NCBI GenBank assembly: GCA_964432675.1
Contig: CAYSOG010000003.1
Span: forward strand, 14,368 to 78,367
Direction: 5' to 3'
DNA: 64,000 nt
DNA from: an uncultured Gammaproteobacteria bacterium
GTDB taxonomy: Bacteria; Patescibacteriota; Microgenomatia; CAYSOG01
Shown: one piece after another, positions 19,309-29,674 of the stretch
How the letters are laid out: every line of letters begins with the position of its first letter
Position numbering within the stretch: the stretch's first letter is position 1
Program-made: the position numbers and the translations under genes
Notes under the pieces: generated by a model
The model's input: the letters and a program-made list of their open reading frames with translations, nothing else
Databases searched by the model: none
Told to the model about the DNA's origin: nothing

Positions 19309-20487
19309 TTACCGTTTGGTGTATCTTGATAGGTTAAGTAACAAACCTGCGGCGAATAAAACGGTTACTAACGATGAGCTCCCAAACGATATAAACGGCA
19401 ACGGTACACCAGTGAGTGGAAATAAAGCAACCATTGAACCCATATTAATAAGTGTCTGGAAGCCAAGCCAAACGGTTAAGCCAATAGCCAATAATTGCCC
19501 ATAATGGTCGGGGATGCGTCTGGCAATCGTAAAACTGCGCCACAGCAAGAGCACGAAGACACAAACTACGACCAAAGCGCCAACAAAGCCAAGTTCCCCG
19601 GCAATGACAGCAAATATGGAATCAGAGTTTGCTTCTGGCAAATAACCGTACTTCTGGCTTGAGTTACCTAAGCCAACACCGAACAGCCCGCCTGACCCTA
19701 AGGTTAACAGTACTTGCGAGATGTGGTAAGAACTGCCTTGCGGGTCAATCTGTGGGTTCAAAAACGTTGTTAACCGCTGAAATCTGTATGGTTCCAGTAA
19801 AACGAGGGCGATAAGGCCAAAGGCACCAATTGGCAAAAGCACTAGAAATTGATAAATTGGCGCACCTGAAATAAAGTAAAGGGCGACAATGGTCGAAACA
19901 ATGATCATGGCTGTCCCCAAATCAGGTTCGAGCATGACAAGGATTAATACCACAAGTGCTATCCCACCCACGGTTAGCAAAGAACGGGGTGATAAATTGT
20001 CTCTAGTTTTGGTAAACCACGCCGCTAGGTAAATAATAAGGGCAGGCTTCACAATTTCCGCCGGCTGCAGCGTAAAGCTGCGCATGAAAGGAATAAGATG
20101 CGACAAATTAATCCATCTTCGAGCACCCAAGGCATGGACGCCAACTCCGGGTATCAGAACGGCAATGAGTAATAGCAGTGCTCCTGCTAAAATAATTGCA
20201 GATAGTTTATAAAAAGCCTTAATGTTTAACTTATACGCAATTGTACCAGCAATGAAACCTAAAATAATCCCAATGAATTGTTGCTTTGCAAAGTAGTATT
20301 TATCACCGAACGTATGGAAGCCTTCATATGAGGATACGTCGGCTATCATTAACAGCCCAAAAAGTGTGAGACTAATAATAAGCCCAAACAACAGCATATC
20401 AGGTGCATGAAAACTTTTTTGCGTTTGCTCCTTACTAATCTGCTGGGCACTTTTGCGCGGCTTTTTCTGCAACGGCATTCGAGGCAT
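19309..20487 (-). CDS. ftsW: SEDS-family protein FtsW (dcw-cluster copy)
   Basis: SEDS motifs (GSGGLFGVGLGNSSQKYGYLPEANSDSIFAVIAGELGFVG; FISFGSSSL) and its position between murD and murG. Confidence 0.8.
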   Translation of the reverse strand: MPRMPLQKKPRKSAQQISKEQTQKSFHAPDMLLFGLIISLTLFGLLMIADVSSYEGFHTFGDKYYFAKQQFIGIILGFIAGTIAYKLNIKAFYKLSAIILAGALLLLIAVLIPGVGVHALGARRWINLSHLIPFMRSFTLQPAEIVKPALIIYLAAWFTKTRDNLSPRSLLTVGGIALVVLILVMLEPDLGTAMIIVSTIVALYFISGAPIYQFLVLLPIGAFGLIALVLLEPYRFQRLTTFLNPQIDPQGSSYHISQVLLTLGSGGLFGVGLGNSSQKYGYLPEANSDSIFAVIAGELGFVGALVVVCVFVLLLWRSFTIARRIPDHYGQLLAIGLTVWLGFQTLINMGSMVALFPLTGVPLPFISFGSSSLVTVLFAAGLLLNLSRYTKR

Positions 20488-20568
20488 GTATTTATACTAC
20501 CATGCTTGGCGAGGGTATTGAACCTTGAAGTTATCTAAAAAATGAGGAATTAAAGAGGTTCAAACTAT

Positions 20569-20847
20569 TTATTCGGATTGGTCATTATCAGTGCCAGATA
20601 TTCGACTTTTAAGAAAATCTTCCGATGCTCTTACCAATCTTTCCATCATCTTACTCCGTTCACCTTCTGTCATTTTGTCTAAGCTCCGCGGATCAACGTA
20701 CACAGGAATAGCATGGTCTACTTTTACTCCTTTAATTTGATCAGGCTGGATCAGAATAGTCGGAGGCGTATCTTTTGTGAGCATCCAAATATCAGGCCCG
20801 CTGCCATCTGGGTTTGGAATATACTTGTGACCTTTTCTTTCATCCAT
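20569..20847 (-). CDS. hypothetical protein (92 aa)
   Basis: An ORF in the ftsW-murD gap with no recognisable motif. Confidence 0.35.
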   Translation of the reverse strand: MDERKGHKYIPNPDGSGPDIWMLTKDTPPTILIQPDQIKGVKVDHAIPVYVDPRSLDKMTEGERSKMMERLVRASEDFLKSRISGTDNDQSE

Positions 20848-20984
20848 ACATTATAAGGTAGATACTGTTGTAGTTTTATTATACATCGCTTGTCTAACTC
20901 GGTAACTTACTTTATTGCCTTGAGAGAATAGAGCAAGTAAAATGCCGGGGATGGTATTATCCCCGGCTAAAGGCCTTGTGTTGC

Positions 20985-21305
20985 CTATAAATGTTCCAAT
21001 ATATATTCACGCAGCGATTGGCGAAAACGGCGCATAGCACTGAATAGACTAGCTTCCAAACTTGTGCCTTCAATTATCCAGTAGGAAAATAATACAAGTA
21101 CCCAAATCGCAAAGCCGATATATCCCAATAATGGTAATCGAAATACAGCCTCCATAAGATAAAGGCTAGCAACAAGTAAAGCTACAATACTACGGAAAAG
21201 ATATATTATCCTACGCTCTATACTTTCTGATATTGCCGCGATCCAAAGCGTCCAATAGCCGCTACAAGTGACAATTATAATCAAAAGTGCCGATACTAAA
21301 TCCAT
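20985..21305 (-). CDS. hypothetical small membrane protein (3 TM)
   Basis: Three hydrophobic helices; lies in the ftsW-murD gap. Confidence 0.4.
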   Translation of the reverse strand: MDLVSALLIIIVTCSGYWTLWIAAISESIERRIIYLFRSIVALLVASLYLMEAVFRLPLLGYIGFAIWVLVLFSYWIIEGTSLEASLFSAMRRFRQSLREYILEHL

Positions 21306-21418
21306 CCGTCACCTTCCTTTTACCAGGAACGAGGCAATGTTTTTAAAGTACAGCTGAAACCGTCCAACCACTGAGAAACTCACACAATAAGATTAGATCC
21401 TAATATCGATTACCCTTA

Positions 21419-22834
21419 TTATTTTTCATGCAGATGAGCAATAGCTTCCTTAAACTGCAATGCCCTTTCATGGTAATCTTTAAAAAGATTAAAGCTTGGC
21501 GCAGCTGGAGACAGCAAACAAATCTTTCCCTTCGATGTATGTTCACTAGCCACTTCAACCGCGCCTGCCATGGAGTCTTGGTTGAAAAATCTTATTTTTG
21601 AAGCATGAAGTTTGAAACCTGGAACTTTTTTGATTGCGTCTTCAATCTTCCGGCCAGTTGTCGGCAGTAAGATGACAGTTTTGATCTCACTTTCGACAAT
21701 GCGCTTCGCCAAACTAGTATAATCCAGTCCCCTATCGTAACCGCCAACAATGATTGTTTCAACATCTGGTGCCAGCGCATCAATTGCCGCAATTGCTGAT
21801 TCTGGTGTCGTCGAAATTGAGTCATTATAATAGGTCACACCGTTTACATCACCAACTAATTCAAGCCGATCTTCTAAGCCTTTAAACGCTGCTATCGCGC
21901 TGACAATTTTTTCAGTTGGGATTTCATAAAGTTTGCCGATGATAATTGCTGGCAAAACATTTTGGATGTTGTGGTCGCCTAATAGACTAATTTCGTCCCG
22001 GCCCATTATATTTTCCACATTATTATGGAAGCGGAACATTATATCTTTCCCTTGTATAAAACAGCAATTTGGACCAATATCGGCGTTAAAAGGAAATCGT
22101 TTTGCTTTGCTGCGTTGGGCAATCTCATATGGAATTGGATAATTTGCATTATATAAAAAGTAGTCATTTGGTGATTGGTGGCTTGCTATATTTTCCTTCG
22201 CTTTCACATAGTCTTCAAAGTCATCGTAGTAGTCTAAATGTTCGGGTGTGATATTTTGGAGCACTGCAATATGTGGACTTTTGGTAAGCGTTTGTAATTG
22301 ATGGCTTGAAAGTTCCATTACCACAAGTGTTTTATCATTAATTTTAGGGAGCTGCTCTAAGGCTGAAATACCAATATTACCGCAAAGTATTGTATTGGCG
22401 TAATCTGACTTAATGACTTCATAAATGACAGTTGTTGTTGTGCTTTTGCCTTTCGTCCCAGTAACACCGATAATTGTTCCAGGACAAGAATCGAAGAATA
22501 GTTGGGTGGGAGAAGAAACTATCGCGTTACCAATGTACGGCTTTATTACCTTTAATGGTATGCCGGCGGTTTTGATAATGACGTCATAATTTTTCAGGCT
22601 GGACAAGTAATCCTTATTAAAAAACGTATCGAGGTTTGCGTCGTTCTTTATCATAGATTGGACATCCGTACTAAGCATGTCCAAGGTAGCTTGGTCCGCG
22701 ACAGCCAGTTGCTGCGTCCCAAACTTCTGCCGCAAAAATGTATACGCTGCAAAGCCTTCCCGACCTAACCCAACAATAATAATTTTCTTGTCTTTCAATT
22801 CCATAGTAGCAACCCACCAGACCTGTCCATTCAC
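21419..22834 (-). CDS. murD: UDP-N-acetylmuramoylalanine--D-glutamate ligase MurD (possibly MurD2-type, see findings)
   Basis: Rossmann N-domain (KIIIVGLGREGFAAYTFL), Mur ligase P-loop GVTGTKGKSTTTTVI and a Mur ligase C-domain. The likely start is the internal MELKDKK. Confidence 0.85.
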   Translation of the reverse strand: MNGQVWWVATMELKDKKIIIVGLGREGFAAYTFLRQKFGTQQLAVADQATLDMLSTDVQSMIKNDANLDTFFNKDYLSSLKNYDVIIKTAGIPLKVIKPYIGNAIVSSPTQLFFDSCPGTIIGVTGTKGKSTTTTVIYEVIKSDYANTILCGNIGISALEQLPKINDKTLVVMELSSHQLQTLTKSPHIAVLQNITPEHLDYYDDFEDYVKAKENIASHQSPNDYFLYNANYPIPYEIAQRSKAKRFPFNADIGPNCCFIQGKDIMFRFHNNVENIMGRDEISLLGDHNIQNVLPAIIIGKLYEIPTEKIVSAIAAFKGLEDRLELVGDVNGVTYYNDSISTTPESAIAAIDALAPDVETIIVGGYDRGLDYTSLAKRIVESEIKTVILLPTTGRKIEDAIKKVPGFKLHASKIRFFNQDSMAGAVEVASEHTSKGKICLLSPAAPSFNLFKDYHERALQFKEAIAHLHEK

Positions 22835-22851
22835 CTAAAAGGTGAGGGGAA

Positions 22852-24237
22852 CTAGACTATAGCAATTTGCTTTTGCAACAGTTGCTTATATTCACCTGAA
22901 AGCAAATTTTCGTCGTTCCAATTTGTTAATACTTTATTAGTCTCAGTTTTGATATTTGGATATTTTGACAAAATTTCGTCTGTAAAGTACTGTAATAAGA
23001 CTTGGTCTCCCTCTGTTTTCTGGGTGGATAAATATAGTGCCGCACGCACTTCTTCATATGTCCCAACGCATTCAAATGGCTTATGCTCGGCTACACCGAC
23101 TAATTCCTTTAGCAATGGTAAAAGTGTTTCAGCTTTAAACAGGTCTTGCCCAAAAATCTCCTTAAGGTCGTTACCTTCCATAAACGGGTAAAGAATAAGA
23201 TATACAAATAAACATTTAGCACACTTACCACACCAAGTGTTACTCTTTTGCCCAACATTGCAGCTCTTAAATAATGAAAAATAATCCTTAAACTCTGAGA
23301 AAATCTGAGCAATCTGTAATTCGTATGCTGGACGCAGAAAGCTAAAATAATTGACATGTGATGCTAAATAGTTCCTTGCATAATCATGAAACCTTTTTTC
23401 AAAAACAAACGATTTAGAATATTGGTGGTTAATAGCCTGCCCTTGGTAGACAATATCAGCTTCATTAGCTGAAAATTCGTTTGAAAGCACAATATCCTGG
23501 TAATCGAAAATTACGGCACATAATACAGCGATAAACGCGAGTGAGGCTGAAAATGGCGTGTGGCCATTGAGGTAACCCTGACCATTAAGTTTTAGGAGTG
23601 CTGGGTCGATTTGCCGGTTTATGGTAACCTGTTTTTCACCAAAAAGTTTGGTTGCGATTACGTGGGCAGAAGTAATAGGTGCAAATGTATCCACAACAAG
23701 CCCGGCTACGTGCATATCAGCATTTTTCAGAAGTTTTGCCGTAACAATGGAATCTTTGCCTCCACCAATCGGCACAATAGCACGCTTGGTCAGTTCTCCG
23801 TCAAAAATTTGCTTGTCTTGGTTACCAGATTTGCTTTCAATTCTCACGTTACGAACATGGTCGATTGTAATATCATTTCGGAATATATATTCGCCCATAC
23901 CGTTGAGCAATAAATCCTTCCACCAAGCAATTTGTTCTTCATTTAAAAATCCAGCGTTTATTGTTATAGTTGGCGAAGCAGCGGCTTTCCAATAACTAAA
24001 GCTTTCAATAATACCAATATTGAAGACAAGATTATCGATGACCTTTTTTGGTAAAATCCCAAATCTAGCAGTGTCAACATCTTTTATTGTTATTTTATGC
24101 GAAAAAGTTTTGTCGGGCGGCAATGCAAAATCGTAAGCAATAACTAAATTGCCATCAACCAAATTGTAGTGATAACGATCAAAAATAAACTGCGGATATT
24201 TCTTTGTAATTTCTTGCCACGATGCTTGGTTTCCCAT
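22852..24237 (-). CDS. PP-loop (adenine-nucleotide alpha-hydrolase) ATPase with a C-terminal CxxC pair; candidate MurL-like UDP-MurNAc-L-Ala-L-Glu epimerase
   Basis: PP-loop IVPIGGGKDSIVTAKLL (SGGxDS type); Cys pair CGKCAKC; 461 aa with an extra N-terminal domain; encoded immediately upstream of murD on the same strand inside the dcw cluster. Confidence 0.45.
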   Translation of the reverse strand: MGNQASWQEITKKYPQFIFDRYHYNLVDGNLVIAYDFALPPDKTFSHKITIKDVDTARFGILPKKVIDNLVFNIGIIESFSYWKAAASPTITINAGFLNEEQIAWWKDLLLNGMGEYIFRNDITIDHVRNVRIESKSGNQDKQIFDGELTKRAIVPIGGGKDSIVTAKLLKNADMHVAGLVVDTFAPITSAHVIATKLFGEKQVTINRQIDPALLKLNGQGYLNGHTPFSASLAFIAVLCAVIFDYQDIVLSNEFSANEADIVYQGQAINHQYSKSFVFEKRFHDYARNYLASHVNYFSFLRPAYELQIAQIFSEFKDYFSLFKSCNVGQKSNTWCGKCAKCLFVYLILYPFMEGNDLKEIFGQDLFKAETLLPLLKELVGVAEHKPFECVGTYEEVRAALYLSTQKTEGDQVLLQYFTDEILSKYPNIKTETNKVLTNWNDENLLSGEYKQLLQKQIAIV

Positions 24238-24306
24238 TGTGTCTCTTATTCTACACTTTCAGGTTTACTTGGTAAATATTTTAAAGGAGAAAAAGCGGAT
24301 GTACTA

Positions 24307-25317
24307 TTACTTAGTTATTGCTATGAGCAAACCAATAATAGCCAAAAGCGCACCGGCTAACCAAAAACGCATGACAACTTTCGGTTCTTGCCAGCCGCGC
24401 AGCTGCAAATAAAGATGTAATGGGGATACCGCAAACGCCTTGCGGTGAAAAAAATATTTCGATGCCAACTGTACAAACGATGATGTAACTTCTACAACGA
24501 ACATGCCACCAATAACCGCCAATGGAACGGTTTTGCCGGTTAATAGTCCAACCACAGCAAGTGTTGCACCAAAAGCCAAAGCACCAACGTCGCCAAGCAG
24601 CACTCGGGCTGGATAGATATTAAAGTAAAGAAAAGCTAACAAAGCGCCAATCCAAGCGCCAATGAATGCTGAAAGCGTGGAATCAAGCGACGTACGGGCT
24701 AAAATTAAAAATGCCAGAAGACAAATGATTAATAAGCCTGTCGAAAGGCCATCTAAGCCATCAGTTATATTAACCGCATTCGTAAAAGCGACAATAACAA
24801 ATGCCGCAAAGGGAATAAAGAAAATACCAATATCAATATTACTGAAGTTCCATAGAATATCTATCCGATGAAAGCCTAAAACATAGTAAATATAAGAGGA
24901 AATGAGTAGTGCCAATACGATTTGAATAATGAGTTTATGGCGAAACCGTAAGCCGATAAAACCATGGGTACTTGTATTAAAAAACTTCTTGCTATCGTCA
25001 TAAAAACCTAAAATACCAAATAAAACCATCGTCATTAAGATGATAAAGATTTTTGCATTCCACTTCGCATCTGATACTAAATAACCCAACGAAGGAAGAA
25101 TGAGAAGTACAATGATTAATAAAATACCGCCGCCAACTGGCACACCAGCTTTCCAACCATGCAGCCGGTCAAATATGGGTGTCCGTTCATTGAAAGCATC
25201 CTTCGTTACCTGTTTTTGACGTTGGAATTTAATTCGATACAAAAAATTAATAAACGGCACAAGCGCCAACGATGTGGCTAAGTATGACAGTATGAGTAGC
25301 GTTAAAACTTGTTGCAT
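24307..25317 (-). CDS. mraY: phospho-N-acetylmuramoyl-pentapeptide transferase MraY
   Basis: Ten TM helices; NAVNITDGLDGLSTG and DDxxxF motifs. Confidence 0.9.
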   Translation of the reverse strand: MQQVLTLLILSYLATSLALVPFINFLYRIKFQRQKQVTKDAFNERTPIFDRLHGWKAGVPVGGGILLIIVLLILPSLGYLVSDAKWNAKIFIILMTMVLFGILGFYDDSKKFFNTSTHGFIGLRFRHKLIIQIVLALLISSYIYYVLGFHRIDILWNFSNIDIGIFFIPFAAFVIVAFTNAVNITDGLDGLSTGLLIICLLAFLILARTSLDSTLSAFIGAWIGALLAFLYFNIYPARVLLGDVGALAFGATLAVVGLLTGKTVPLAVIGGMFVVEVTSSFVQLASKYFFHRKAFAVSPLHLYLQLRGWQEPKVVMRFWLAGALLAIIGLLIAITK

Positions 25318-25343
25318 AGAAGGTTTATATGGCTAATCGCTCT

Positions 25344-26630
25344 TTAGTCGTCAATTTTTTGGATGGATGCGCCAAGGCGAGTTAGCCTTTCTTGAATACG
25401 GGCATAACCACGTTCGATCAGCTCAATATTGGAAATAACACTTGTCCCCTTTGCACACAAAGCCGCAAGTACTAAGGCCATACCGGCTCGAATGTCAGGC
25501 GAATCCAAATCACGCCCATATAATTGCGCTGGGCCAGATACCACTACTCGATGCGGATCACATAAAATAATATGCGAGCCCATGGTAATCAATTTATCAA
25601 CAAAAAACATTCGCCCTTCGAACATCCAGTCGCGCACAAGCGTCGTGCCACGAGCCTGTGTTGCAAGGACAATGACAAGGCTAATTAAATCAGTCGGAAA
25701 TCCTGGCCAAGGGTATGCATCAACCTTTTCTACTGCTAATAAATCTTTTGGAATAATTTTAAGTGAACCGTGGACGTTGCTGGTTGAAGCATTCGTTGGT
25801 GTAAAGGTATACTGCAAACCAAAACGTTCAAGGACTAACAAAATCATATCTAAGTAATCAATCCGAGCATTGCGGATTGTAATAGCACTATTTGTGACTC
25901 CTGCTAGTATTGCCCAAGTACCTACTTCGATATGGTCAGATTCTATGGTGTGGTCAAATCCCGTTAAGTGTTCCTTGCCAGTAATGGTTATCGTATTGCT
26001 ACCAATACCATGGATTAAAACTCCCATTTTTTGCAACACATGGCATAATTCTTGGACATGAGGCTCAGCTGCAGCATGCTTAATAATGATTGTTTTCGGC
26101 ATTGTTGCTGCGATGAGCAAGACATTTTCAGTCGCTGTAACCGACGAATCGTCAAGAAAAATAGTAGCAGCAGCCATTTTCTTTCTTTGGAGAGCGGTCT
26201 TACTGTCTTGTTGGGAAACTTTAACCCCAAGGTCAGAAAATGCCAAAAGATGGGTAGTAATTGGCCGCTTCCCGATAACATCGCCGCCCGGATGATGTGT
26301 TGAGACCTTCCCTGCTCTACCAACCATCGCCCCCATTAAGAGCACCGATGCACGTAACTTTCGAACAAGTTCTTTTGGCAAGTCGGTTTCAACGATTTTT
26401 GGTGTCTGTAGTTTCAGTGTTGTTTCATCGATAGACGTTACCGTTGTGCCAATATGTCCTAAAATTTCGAGCATGTAAGCGACGTCCAAAATTTTTGGTA
26501 CATTTTTAAGTACGCATGGTTCATCGGTTAACAATGTCGCAGCAAGGATAGGCAATACCGCATTCTTATTCGCTTGAGCGAAGATATCACCAGATAACCG
26601 TTTATTACCTTCAATAACGAATTTGCTCAT
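25344..26630 (-). CDS. murA: UDP-N-acetylglucosamine 1-carboxyvinyltransferase MurA
   Basis: EPSP-synthase-like fold; KNAVLPILAATLL near the N-terminus; 428 aa. Confidence 0.9.
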   Translation of the reverse strand: MSKFVIEGNKRLSGDIFAQANKNAVLPILAATLLTDEPCVLKNVPKILDVAYMLEILGHIGTTVTSIDETTLKLQTPKIVETDLPKELVRKLRASVLLMGAMVGRAGKVSTHHPGGDVIGKRPITTHLLAFSDLGVKVSQQDSKTALQRKKMAAATIFLDDSSVTATENVLLIAATMPKTIIIKHAAAEPHVQELCHVLQKMGVLIHGIGSNTITITGKEHLTGFDHTIESDHIEVGTWAILAGVTNSAITIRNARIDYLDMILLVLERFGLQYTFTPTNASTSNVHGSLKIIPKDLLAVEKVDAYPWPGFPTDLISLVIVLATQARGTTLVRDWMFEGRMFFVDKLITMGSHIILCDPHRVVVSGPAQLYGRDLDSPDIRAGMALVLAALCAKGTSVISNIELIERGYARIQERLTRLGASIQKIDD

Positions 26631-26714
26631 AAATTTTGGAGCTAATTAGCAGCTACTGAAAAACACTCACTTCATTTATGTTACAAGCTTCGAGTTTTAA
26701 GTTGCAAGCTATTC

Positions 26715-27710
26715 TCACCATTCACCGGCCAAAACAATTTCTTCTTTCAAGTCGACACTAAATTTATCTTTAATTGTCTTTTTTTCCATAGACAACAAAT
26801 CACGGACATCCTTTGCCGTAGCACCGCCTAAATTCACGATAAAATTAGCGTGTTTTTTTGAAATAATCGCTTGTCCTACTTGCTTGCCCTTCATACCGGC
26901 TTGGTCAAGTAAGTAGCCTGCGGACTGCGTAAAATTCGGTGTGCCCAGCCGAAACGCATCGGCTTTGGGGATATTTTGGAATGCACAACCGCACGAAGGT
27001 AATTCGAGCGGCTGTTCATCATGGCGTTTCTGGACCGACTCCTTTGCTGCGCGGTCCCAAAGTAGTTGTTTATCACCCGGTTTTAATTTAAAAATGACGC
27101 TCAGTACTGTTTCATGTGTTTTTTGCAAAATACTAAAATCATAGCCAAACTGGAAATAAAAACGCTCAACTTCCTTAACATTTCCCTCGTTATCAAGAAT
27201 TTTTGCACTATGGACTAAATTGCCGATGAACTCGTCATTATATTGGCGAAAATGGGAATTATTCCAAATTGCACCTCCAACTGTCCCCGGCAAACCTAAG
27301 AATACTTCCAAACCTTCAAGGCCTTCCTCAATAGTAAAACGGACTAAATAATTAACGGCAATGCCGCTATCTGTTTCAACATACATTTCATCCATGCGCC
27401 GTTCTTTACCACTAAAGGTACCCTTAAATCCTGCTATTTTAATATTTTTTGTTTTGTTCCGGATAACAACCCCACGAATCCCCTTATCAGCAACTAAAAT
27501 ATTACTGCCAGCGCCAAAGACAAAAAAAGGTAAGCTAACTTGCTTTGCCGCTTTCACAGCCCGAGCAAGATCTTCTGTAGTTTCCGCTTCAAAATACAAA
27601 TCTGCCGGTCCACCAATTTTTATTGTCGTATGTTGCGACATTGGCTCGTTTTCTTTCACCCGTTGCGAACCGACAATCTCCTTAAATTTTTCTGCTTTTT
27701 GTGTGTCCAT
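26715..27710 (-). CDS. murB: UDP-N-acetylenolpyruvoylglucosamine reductase MurB
   Basis: FAD-binding PCMH domain (IKIGGPADLYFEA...FVFGAGSNILV) and a MurB C-terminal domain. Confidence 0.85.
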   Translation of the reverse strand: MDTQKAEKFKEIVGSQRVKENEPMSQHTTIKIGGPADLYFEAETTEDLARAVKAAKQVSLPFFVFGAGSNILVADKGIRGVVIRNKTKNIKIAGFKGTFSGKERRMDEMYVETDSGIAVNYLVRFTIEEGLEGLEVFLGLPGTVGGAIWNNSHFRQYNDEFIGNLVHSAKILDNEGNVKEVERFYFQFGYDFSILQKTHETVLSVIFKLKPGDKQLLWDRAAKESVQKRHDEQPLELPSCGCAFQNIPKADAFRLGTPNFTQSAGYLLDQAGMKGKQVGQAIISKKHANFIVNLGGATAKDVRDLLSMEKKTIKDKFSVDLKEEIVLAGEW

Positions 27711-27734
27711 AATTGAGAGAAATACTTTATGCGA

Positions 27735-29024
27735 TTACTGAGCAGGCGCTTGTGAGAAATCTTTTAGTAAGTCATTTGACAGTTTGGTGATATCACCGGC
27801 CCCCATGCATACAACAACACTGTTAGATTTTACGCTTTCTGACAGTATTTTTTCAATATTTATAAGGCTGCCTCCATAGAAAACGCTTTGCTTTGCCACA
27901 GCTGCAACAATATCTGAAGCATTTACCTCACCGGTATCATGCTCACGAGAGGCAAAAATATCAGCCACGATAAGGTGATCTGCTGGAACTTCACGTAGCG
28001 CTTGGACAAAATCATTAAATAGAACCTTTGTCCGGGTGAACATATGCGGTTGGAATACAAGCCAAAATGTCTTATTGGGATATGCAGCCCGGGCCGCATT
28101 CGCGGTTGCTATAATTTCGGAAGGATGGTGGCCATAATCATCAACTATCGTAATACCATTTACTTCGCCCTTTCTTTCAAGCCGTCTTGCAAGGCCAGTA
28201 AAAGATTCTAATGCATTTTGCGCTATAGCATTATCCACGCCCACTGCCTTTACGACGGCAAATGCGAGGGATGCGTTAGCAATATTAAACTCCCCGGGTA
28301 TTGTTAAATGAAGTGGTTGGGGTGCTATTCTTTCGATCTTTGGTGCATCAAAATGTTGCGTAATGGTATTGCTCAGTAAAAGCGTTCCCTGTGGTTTTAA
28401 GTTTTGGACAAAATCGGCAAAGGCTTTTTCATATGCTTTGGGTGTTGGAAAAAATTCAGGATGATCATATTCAATATTAGTAACAGCAATGATATCAGGG
28501 TGATAATATAGAAAGTTATTATTATACTCATCAGCTTCAATAACATAGTATTTCCCCTTACCAACTCGGTAGTTTGAATGCCATTGTGGCACAACTGCAC
28601 CCAATTGCACTGTCGGATCAAGTCCTGCCGAAACTAAAATATTAGCCACCATTGCAGTCGTCGTTGACTTACCATGGCTACCACAAATGGCAATAACGAA
28701 TTTATCCTTTTGAAGATAACCAGCAGAAAACTCCTGCCATGATATGATGGGAATTCGTTCTTTGCGCGCGGTTATCAGTTCTGGGTTGCTATTATCAAAG
28801 GCTAATATTGCCGGGGAAACAACAAGAAGGTCAATACCATAAGCATGGTCTTTGTTATGCATTGGTTGAACAGTAATTCCCGATGCCGTAAGTTCATGTT
28901 GGTATTCTGATGTGTGCGCCGCATCGCAACCTGATACCAAAAAACCCTGAGCTTTCGCAATTGCCGCAGTCGCCGAACAACCGCTACCCAAGATTCCCAT
29001 AAAATGGATTTTCTTTGTTTCCAT
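27735..29024 (-). CDS. murC: UDP-N-acetylmuramate--L-alanine ligase MurC
   Basis: MurC N-terminus IHFMGILGSGCSATA; P-loop GSHGKSTTTAM; Mur ligase middle and C domains. Confidence 0.85.
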   Translation of the reverse strand: METKKIHFMGILGSGCSATAAIAKAQGFLVSGCDAAHTSEYQHELTASGITVQPMHNKDHAYGIDLLVVSPAILAFDNSNPELITARKERIPIISWQEFSAGYLQKDKFVIAICGSHGKSTTTAMVANILVSAGLDPTVQLGAVVPQWHSNYRVGKGKYYVIEADEYNNNFLYYHPDIIAVTNIEYDHPEFFPTPKAYEKAFADFVQNLKPQGTLLLSNTITQHFDAPKIERIAPQPLHLTIPGEFNIANASLAFAVVKAVGVDNAIAQNALESFTGLARRLERKGEVNGITIVDDYGHHPSEIIATANAARAAYPNKTFWLVFQPHMFTRTKVLFNDFVQALREVPADHLIVADIFASREHDTGEVNASDIVAAVAKQSVFYGGSLINIEKILSESVKSNSVVVCMGAGDITKLSNDLLKDFSQAPAQ

Positions 29025-29026
29025 AG

Positions 29027-29674
29027 TTAGAGCATCGCTTCAACTTTCAAAACGGCCTCTGCAAAACTTTTTGTCGCGATTGTTGGTTTTTCAGCAGTAA
29101 GCGAGGCCGCGTCTTCTTGTGTTTCGATTAAAACTGTTATGATAGTCGGGTCAACTGCTGAAAAGGCAGACAAAAAAGACATATGGTCGTCGAATACAAA
29201 TTTTTTGCTCATCGAAAGGTTAGCCAAAAATGAAGGAATGTTTGCTGTTTTGTCTTTATAAACGTAGAATTTATCCTTATCTAATAGCTTTTTATCTAAA
29301 AGTGGCTGCATTTTAGCAAATTGCATCTTTTCTTCACCTTGGGAATAAATATAGACTTCTCCTAGCGTTGTAAGCTTGCGTAATCCGTCTTCAACTCCAG
29401 GATAATAGTATGTTGTAAACGGCAGCCGGTAAATACCAGCTACAATTGCCTCGATTATACCAGCTTTGTTAGCACTCGCAGACAATAACACTTCCATAAC
29501 GCTTTGCCAGGTATAGAAGCCTTCCTTCTCTAATATTTCCCTTATAACCGCACGCAATTGCTCTAACGTAACAGGACTATATGCGTTGACTAGCGCAACT
29601 ATCGCGACCCGAAGCGCTGTTGTATCAATGATTGTATGGTCTATATCAATAATGAAAGCATTATTTTGTGCCAT
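29027..29674 (-). CDS. HAD-superfamily hydrolase
   Basis: ORF 29027..29755; the likely start is the internal ATG at 29674 (MAQNNAFIIDIDHTIIDT), giving the DxDxT motif I. Confidence 0.55.
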   Translation of the reverse strand: MAQNNAFIIDIDHTIIDTTALRVAIVALVNAYSPVTLEQLRAVIREILEKEGFYTWQSVMEVLLSASANKAGIIEAIVAGIYRLPFTTYYYPGVEDGLRKLTTLGEVYIYSQGEEKMQFAKMQPLLDKKLLDKDKFYVYKDKTANIPSFLANLSMSKKFVFDDHMSFLSAFSAVDPTIITVLIETQEDAASLTAEKPTIATKSFAEAVLKVEAML

